DNA of 64,000 nt from Actinomycetota bacterium (GTDB lineage: Bacteria; Actinomycetota; UBA4738; HRBIN12), in assembly GCA_036281075.1 (NCBI GenBank), contig DASUPO010000091.1, positions 251 through 64,250 of the forward strand, read 5' to 3'. The notes under the pieces were generated by a model. The model had not been told where the DNA came from. It was given only the letters and a program-made list of their open reading frames with translations, and made no database searches. The number at the start of each line of letters is the position of its first letter. The stretch's first letter is position 1. Positions 60,064-64,000 of this stretch are shown one piece after another. The position numbers and the translations under genes were made by a program.

Positions 60064-61164
60064 TCAGTCGAGCGAGGAGCGCCAGCGGCGGTCCGCGGCG
60101 GCCATCCGGCCGGCGAGGACGCCGGCCGCCCCGGCCGCGAGGAAGAACGCGGGATCGTCGTCGATCCCGCGTCCCATCGTCCGAGGCTGCACCCCACGAG
60201 CGCGGAGCTCCTCGATCGCCGGCGCGCCGTCGACCTCGACGAGGTGATGGCGCTCCTCGAGCGAGCGCGCGCGGAGCGCGCCCCACACGGTCTCGCGCTG
60301 CCCGTCGTCCTCCAACACCGGCACCGGCACGTTCACATCCACCCTGCACACGTCGGCCAGGATCGTGAGCGAGTGGTGGGAGACGCCCCGGTGGCGGTCG
60401 CGCCGATCGGCGAAGCTCATCCGCAGCGCCGGGATCGGCCGCCCGCCGAGCGTCTCGGCCGCCATCAGCGCGTGACCGCTGGCCAGGGCGCTTACCCCCC
60501 ACGTCGTCTCGGTGCCGAGGTTCCCGGGGCCGTCCGCGACGACGATCGCCTCGGCCTCGACGAGCTCCTTCGCCGCGAGGAGCCCCGACCAGACCGTCAC
60601 GGCCTCGAGCTCGCCTCCGAACGCCTGACCGCACGTGATCCAGCCGTCGAGCAGCGCCGAGGCGCGCAGCTCGGCCACGAGGCGGGAGAAGCCGCCGGGC
60701 AGGGCGGCTCCGTCCGTCATCACGTAGGCGATGCGGAGATCCGGCACGGCCCGTTTCGCGCCCGCCGCGATCGGCGCGACCATCGAGTGGAGCGGCGCGC
60801 ACACGACCGGCGTCCCACGGAGCCCCGCCGAGCGTTCCAGCAGCTCCGCGTGGGTCTCCTCGACGCTCGCCACGGCCGTCTGCACGGGGGTGTAGCGCGC
60901 CTTGATCACGTGGCCCTGCGGGCCCATGCCGCCCTGGGACTCCCTCCCCTCCACCGCGATCACGAGGTGGACGCCTCCCGTGCCGAGGCCGAGCTCGACC
61001 GCCGTCGCGTTGAGGAGGACCGTCTCGCCGGGCTCGACCGGACCGCACAGGTCCGGATAGGCGACCGCCGGTTGCGACGCGCCGTCGAGCTCCACCTCGA
61101 GCTCCACCGCGCCGTCCCGCGACGACGTGATGGAGCGAACGATGCCCCGGCGGATTCGGATCAC
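60064..61164 (-). CDS. Conserved hypothetical protein (possibly DUF3866 family)
   Basis: 366 aa with good codon bias. Features such as GHVIKARYTPVQ and DRHRGVSHHS recall DUF3866 proteins. That family assignment is from memory and unverified. Confidence 0.65.
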   Translation of the reverse strand: MIRIRRGIVRSITSSRDGAVELEVELDGASQPAVAYPDLCGPVEPGETVLLNATAVELGLGTGGVHLVIAVEGRESQGGMGPQGHVIKARYTPVQTAVASVEETHAELLERSAGLRGTPVVCAPLHSMVAPIAAGAKRAVPDLRIAYVMTDGAALPGGFSRLVAELRASALLDGWITCGQAFGGELEAVTVWSGLLAAKELVEAEAIVVADGPGNLGTETTWGVSALASGHALMAAETLGGRPIPALRMSFADRRDRHRGVSHHSLTILADVCRVDVNVPVPVLEDDGQRETVWGALRARSLEERHHLVEVDGAPAIEELRARGVQPRTMGRGIDDDPAFFLAAGAAGVLAGRMAAADRRWRSSLD

Positions 61165-61210
61165 GCGTCGTTCCGGTCGGCTCGCACGGCGCCGCTATGA
61201 TGCCGCAACG

Positions 61211-62173
61211 ATGGGGGAGGGGGACCGCGCGGAGCCGCTGGAGCGGCTGCTGAACCTCGTCGGACTCCTCCTCGAGACGCCCCGGCCGCTCACGTTCGAT
61301 CAGATCCGCCAGGTCCTCGAACCCTACGGGCAGAACAACCCCGAGAGCGCGAAGCGGATGTTCGAACGAGACAAGGACGTCCTGCGGGAGTTCGGCGTGC
61401 CGCTCGAGCTGGTCGACGTCGACGTCTGGGGCACCGAGCAGGGGTACGTGATCCCGAAGGACAAGTACTACCTCCCCGAGATCAGCTTCGAGCCCGGCGA
61501 GCTCGTGGCGCTGCTCGTGGCGGCGCAGAGCGGCGGCCGGGACCCCGCCGCGGAGAGCGGCGCGCGCAAGCTCCTCTACGGCGCCGATGGCGGCGTGCTC
61601 GCCGGCCTCGGCGGCGGCCCGCTCGCCTCCGGCTCCGACGCCCGCAGCAACCTGGTGCACGCGGCGGCCGACGCCGCCCAGGAGCTGCGGCGGATCCGGT
61701 TCACGTACCGCACGTCCCAGGGCAAGGCGGGCGAACGCGACGTGGACGCCTGGGCGATGGTGTTCCGGGCGGGCCACTGGTACCTGGTCGGCCACGACCG
61801 TGAGCGCGACGGCGTTCGCGCGTTCCGGCTGTCGAGGATCGTGGGCGAGCTGCGCGTCGAGGGCGAGGGCTCGACGCCGCCCGCCGAATTCCGGGCGGCG
61901 GACCACGTCGACGCGGGGCCGTGGGTCGCGACGGGCGACGATCGCGCGGTCGTGACGTTCTCGCCGGAACGCGCCTGGTTCGCGGCCTCACAGTTCCCGG
62001 GCGCGGCAGAGACCGGCACGGATGCCGACGGATGGGTGGCGATGGAGATCCCGATGGCGGACGTGGAGGCCTTCGCGGCGATGCTGCTCGAGTACGGGCC
62101 CGACGCCGTTGTACGATCCCCGGAGTCGCTCCGCGATGCCGTCGTCACGCGTCTGGAGTCGATCGTTGCCTGA
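61211..62173 (+). CDS. pafB: HTH-WYL transcriptional regulator PafB
   Basis: N-terminal wHTH (ERLLNLVGLLLETPRPLTFDQIRQVL) and WYL domain (FRAGHWYLVGHD). ATG is 9 nt after TATGAT. Position after pafA is as expected. Confidence 0.85.
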   Translation: MGEGDRAEPLERLLNLVGLLLETPRPLTFDQIRQVLEPYGQNNPESAKRMFERDKDVLREFGVPLELVDVDVWGTEQGYVIPKDKYYLPEISFEPGELVALLVAAQSGGRDPAAESGARKLLYGADGGVLAGLGGGPLASGSDARSNLVHAAADAAQELRRIRFTYRTSQGKAGERDVDAWAMVFRAGHWYLVGHDRERDGVRAFRLSRIVGELRVEGEGSTPPAEFRAADHVDAGPWVATGDDRAVVTFSPERAWFAASQFPGAAETGTDADGWVAMEIPMADVEAFAAMLLEYGPDAVVRSPESLRDAVVTRLESIVA

Positions 62174-62186
62174 GCGGACCCGGAGC

Positions 62187-63146
62187 GTGCCCAAGACCTC
62201 GGACCGACTCGGCCGCATGCTCGCGATCGTCCCGTACCTCGTCCAGCATCCCGGATCCTCGCTCGACGACGTCGCGACGGCGTTCGGCGTGCCGGCGGCG
62301 CAGCTGCGCCGCGATCTCGACCTCCTGTTCATGTCGGGGCTCCCGCCGTACGGCCCGGGCGACCTGATCGACGTGGACGTCGATGAGGACGGGCGCGTGT
62401 GGATCTCGATGGCCGATCACTTCTCCCGGCCGCTGCGCCTCACGAGGATCGAAGCGTTGGCGATCTATCTCCGCGGCACCGAGCTGCTCGCCACGCCCGG
62501 GATGCCCGATGCCCCTGCGCTGGCGAAGGCCCTCGAGAAGCTCCGCACGTCGCTCGGCGAGGAGGCGCTGCGCGCGGCCGAGGGTCGGATCGAGATCGCG
62601 CGGGGCGGGAGGGCCCCGGCGCACCTCCAGCTCCTTCGCGAGGCCGCCGGGTCGAACGAACGGCTCGCGATCGAGTACTACGCGGCGTCGACGGGGGAGT
62701 GGAGCCAGCGCCAGATCGACCCGGAGGAGGTCTTCTCCGGGATGGGGCACTGGTACGTCGCCGCATGGGACGTGGATGCCGACGCCGAGCGGTTGTTCCG
62801 CGCGGACCGTGTTCGGAGCGCGGTCCGCACGGGCGAGACGTTCGCGCCCCGCGGCCTCGAGGGAGCGGGGAGGGACCTGTACTCGCCCACGGGAGCGGAC
62901 GTCGCCGTCCGGCTCCGGCTCCGCCCCGCCGCCCGGTGGATCGCCGAGTACTACGCGACGACGCATGTCGAGGAGCTGGACGACGGCGGGTTGGTCGTGA
63001 CGCTCCCGGCCCGCCAGCTCGGGTGGGTGGCGCGTCTGCTGCTGCGCGTCGGCGACGACGCGGACGTCGTCGAACCGGTCGCATTGCGAGAGGACGTCCG
63101 CCAGCTCGCCCGCGAGACCCTGGCCCGGTACGGCCACAAGGCTTAG
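62187..63146 (+). CDS. pafC: HTH-WYL transcriptional regulator PafC
   Basis: wHTH (RLGRMLAIVPYLVQHPGSSLDDVATAFGV) and WYL domain (SGMGHWYVAAWD). Paralogous to, and directly downstream of, pafB. Confidence 0.85.
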   Translation: MPKTSDRLGRMLAIVPYLVQHPGSSLDDVATAFGVPAAQLRRDLDLLFMSGLPPYGPGDLIDVDVDEDGRVWISMADHFSRPLRLTRIEALAIYLRGTELLATPGMPDAPALAKALEKLRTSLGEEALRAAEGRIEIARGGRAPAHLQLLREAAGSNERLAIEYYAASTGEWSQRQIDPEEVFSGMGHWYVAAWDVDADAERLFRADRVRSAVRTGETFAPRGLEGAGRDLYSPTGADVAVRLRLRPAARWIAEYYATTHVEELDDGGLVVTLPARQLGWVARLLLRVGDDADVVEPVALREDVRQLARETLARYGHKA

Positions 63147-63219
63147 TCACACGGGTCTAGCCCCGACAACGGCCGCCTTCCTCAAGGGGGTTCCCCGCCG
63201 GGCCGATAGCTGTCGTGAG

Positions 63220-63597
63220 ATGACCACGATCCGGACCACGTGCCCCCGATGCGGCGAGGTCGACATGGGCCCCGAAGCGATCTCCCTGTCCGTCCGTTCG
63301 AGCGGACGAGAGGGGAGCTACCGCTTCACCTGCCCGCGCTGCGACGACGCCGTCGAGAAGCGCGCGGACCGCAAGATCGTCGCGTTGCTCGTCTCGGCGG
63401 GTGTCGACCTCGAGCCCAAGGGCGGTTCGGACGGGGGCGACACCCTGTTCGATCAGGACCCGGCAGGAACCGCGGAGCCCCTCGAACAGGCCCCGAGCGG
63501 TCCGGCCTTCACGGCCGACGACGTGATCGAGTTCCACTTCCTCCTCGAGGACGACGCGTACCTCCGGGAGTTCCTCGCCGGCTCCGACGGGTCGTAG
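63220..63597 (+). CDS. Zinc-ribbon protein (CxxC ... CxxC) with an acidic C-terminal tail
   Basis: TCPRCGEVD ... FTCPRCDDAV. 125 aa. Codon bias is consistent with coding. Confidence 0.55.
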   Translation: MTTIRTTCPRCGEVDMGPEAISLSVRSSGREGSYRFTCPRCDDAVEKRADRKIVALLVSAGVDLEPKGGSDGGDTLFDQDPAGTAEPLEQAPSGPAFTADDVIEFHFLLEDDAYLREFLAGSDGS

Positions 63598-63627
63598 CGC
63601 CGCAGGTCGCCCGGTAGCATCCTCCGC

Positions 63628-63873
63628 GTGGAGCCCTGGCTCGTCGTGTGGCTCGTCAACGGCCTCGTGTCGATCGGCGTGCTCCTGGTGCTGCTCGCGT
63701 TCCTGATCCGCCACGCGATCCTGCTCGGCCGGACCGCGAGGAGGATGCAGGAGGAGCTCCAGCCGCTCGCCGACGAGCTGGCGGCGGGATCCGCGCGCGC
63801 CTCCGACACCGCCGCGGGCTTCGCCACGCGCGTCTCGCCCCCTCGGACCGCCCGTCGGCGGGACCGCCGATAG
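63628..63873 (+). CDS. Small membrane protein (81 aa)
   Basis: GTG is 7 nt after TAGCAT (leaderless). One TM (LVVWLVNGLVSIGVLLVLLAFLI) followed by a helical charged tail. Confidence 0.45.
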   Translation: MEPWLVVWLVNGLVSIGVLLVLLAFLIRHAILLGRTARRMQEELQPLADELAAGSARASDTAAGFATRVSPPRTARRRDRR

Positions 63874-63900
63874 AATCGCTGCGGGGCACCCTCCCGAACG

Positions 63901-64000
63901 ATGCTCAACGTCGGACCCCTCGAGCTGCTCGTCGTCCTCGCCGTGGCGCTGATCGTGGTGGGGCCGGAACGGCTGCCCGAGCTCGCCCGCTCGGTGGGTC
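63901..64000 (+). CDS. tatA: Twin-arginine translocase TatA/E-type subunit (5' part, runs off the window)
   Basis: MLNVGPLELLVVLAVALIVVGPERLPELARSVG is the canonical TatA/B N-terminal TM plus hinge. Expected position after pafC. Confidence 0.8.
   Translation, partial: MLNVGPLELLVVLAVALIVVGPERLPELARSVG

Overview
64-kb high-GC chromosomal segment with clear Actinomycetota-type synteny. All family calls come from motif recognition by eye; no database or HMM search was run. Left to right: an ABC-2 exporter pair, a polar-amino-acid ABC importer, uvrB, an amidohydrolase, a sulfite-oxidase-like molybdoenzyme, a convergent aminotransferase and S9 peptidase pair, uvrA, a beta-propeller/cupredoxin lipoprotein, uvrC-rapZ, gap-pgk-tpiA, a five-gene Opp/Dpp-type peptide ABC operon, secG and tRNA-Leu(GAG). 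After the tRNA comes a ~9.7-kb block (29.2-38.8 kb) of poorer coding quality and apparently lower GC. It ends in a degenerate copy of the tRNA 3' half, so I read it as a decayed integrative island. It carries an integrase fragment, a secreted metzincin, a BNR/sialidase-fold protein, a partner-switching remnant, a Crp/Fnr gene broken by an internal inversion, four relics of one small XRE gene, and a proline-rich repeat protein. The right third is core genome again: an APC-type permease, a short KdpD-like kinase with KdpE, an ABC-F ATPase preceded by a proline-rich coupled uORF, an amidohydrolase, two tandem GcvT-family genes, HtrA, ttuB-ttuA-trmI, the complete Pup-proteasome system (mpa/arc, dop, pup, prcB, prcA, pafA, pafB, pafC) and the start of tatA. 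I saw no rRNA, CRISPR array, intact transposase or recognisable defence system. Points most worth a second look: (1) the tRNA-Leu island and its rearranged, pseudogenised regulators; (2) the proline-rich leader ORF overlapping the ABC-F start; (3) identical TGTCG-N11-TACACT (RecA-NDp/PafBC-type) promoters in front of uvrB and uvrA, with pafBC in the same window; (4) a ubiquitin-like sulfur-carrier/tRNA-thiolation module joined to the Pup locus; (5) an unexplained 149-bp multi-hairpin palindrome at the left edge; (6) a KdpDE pair with no Kdp pump, placed divergently to an APC permease with phased TAAGG repeats between them.
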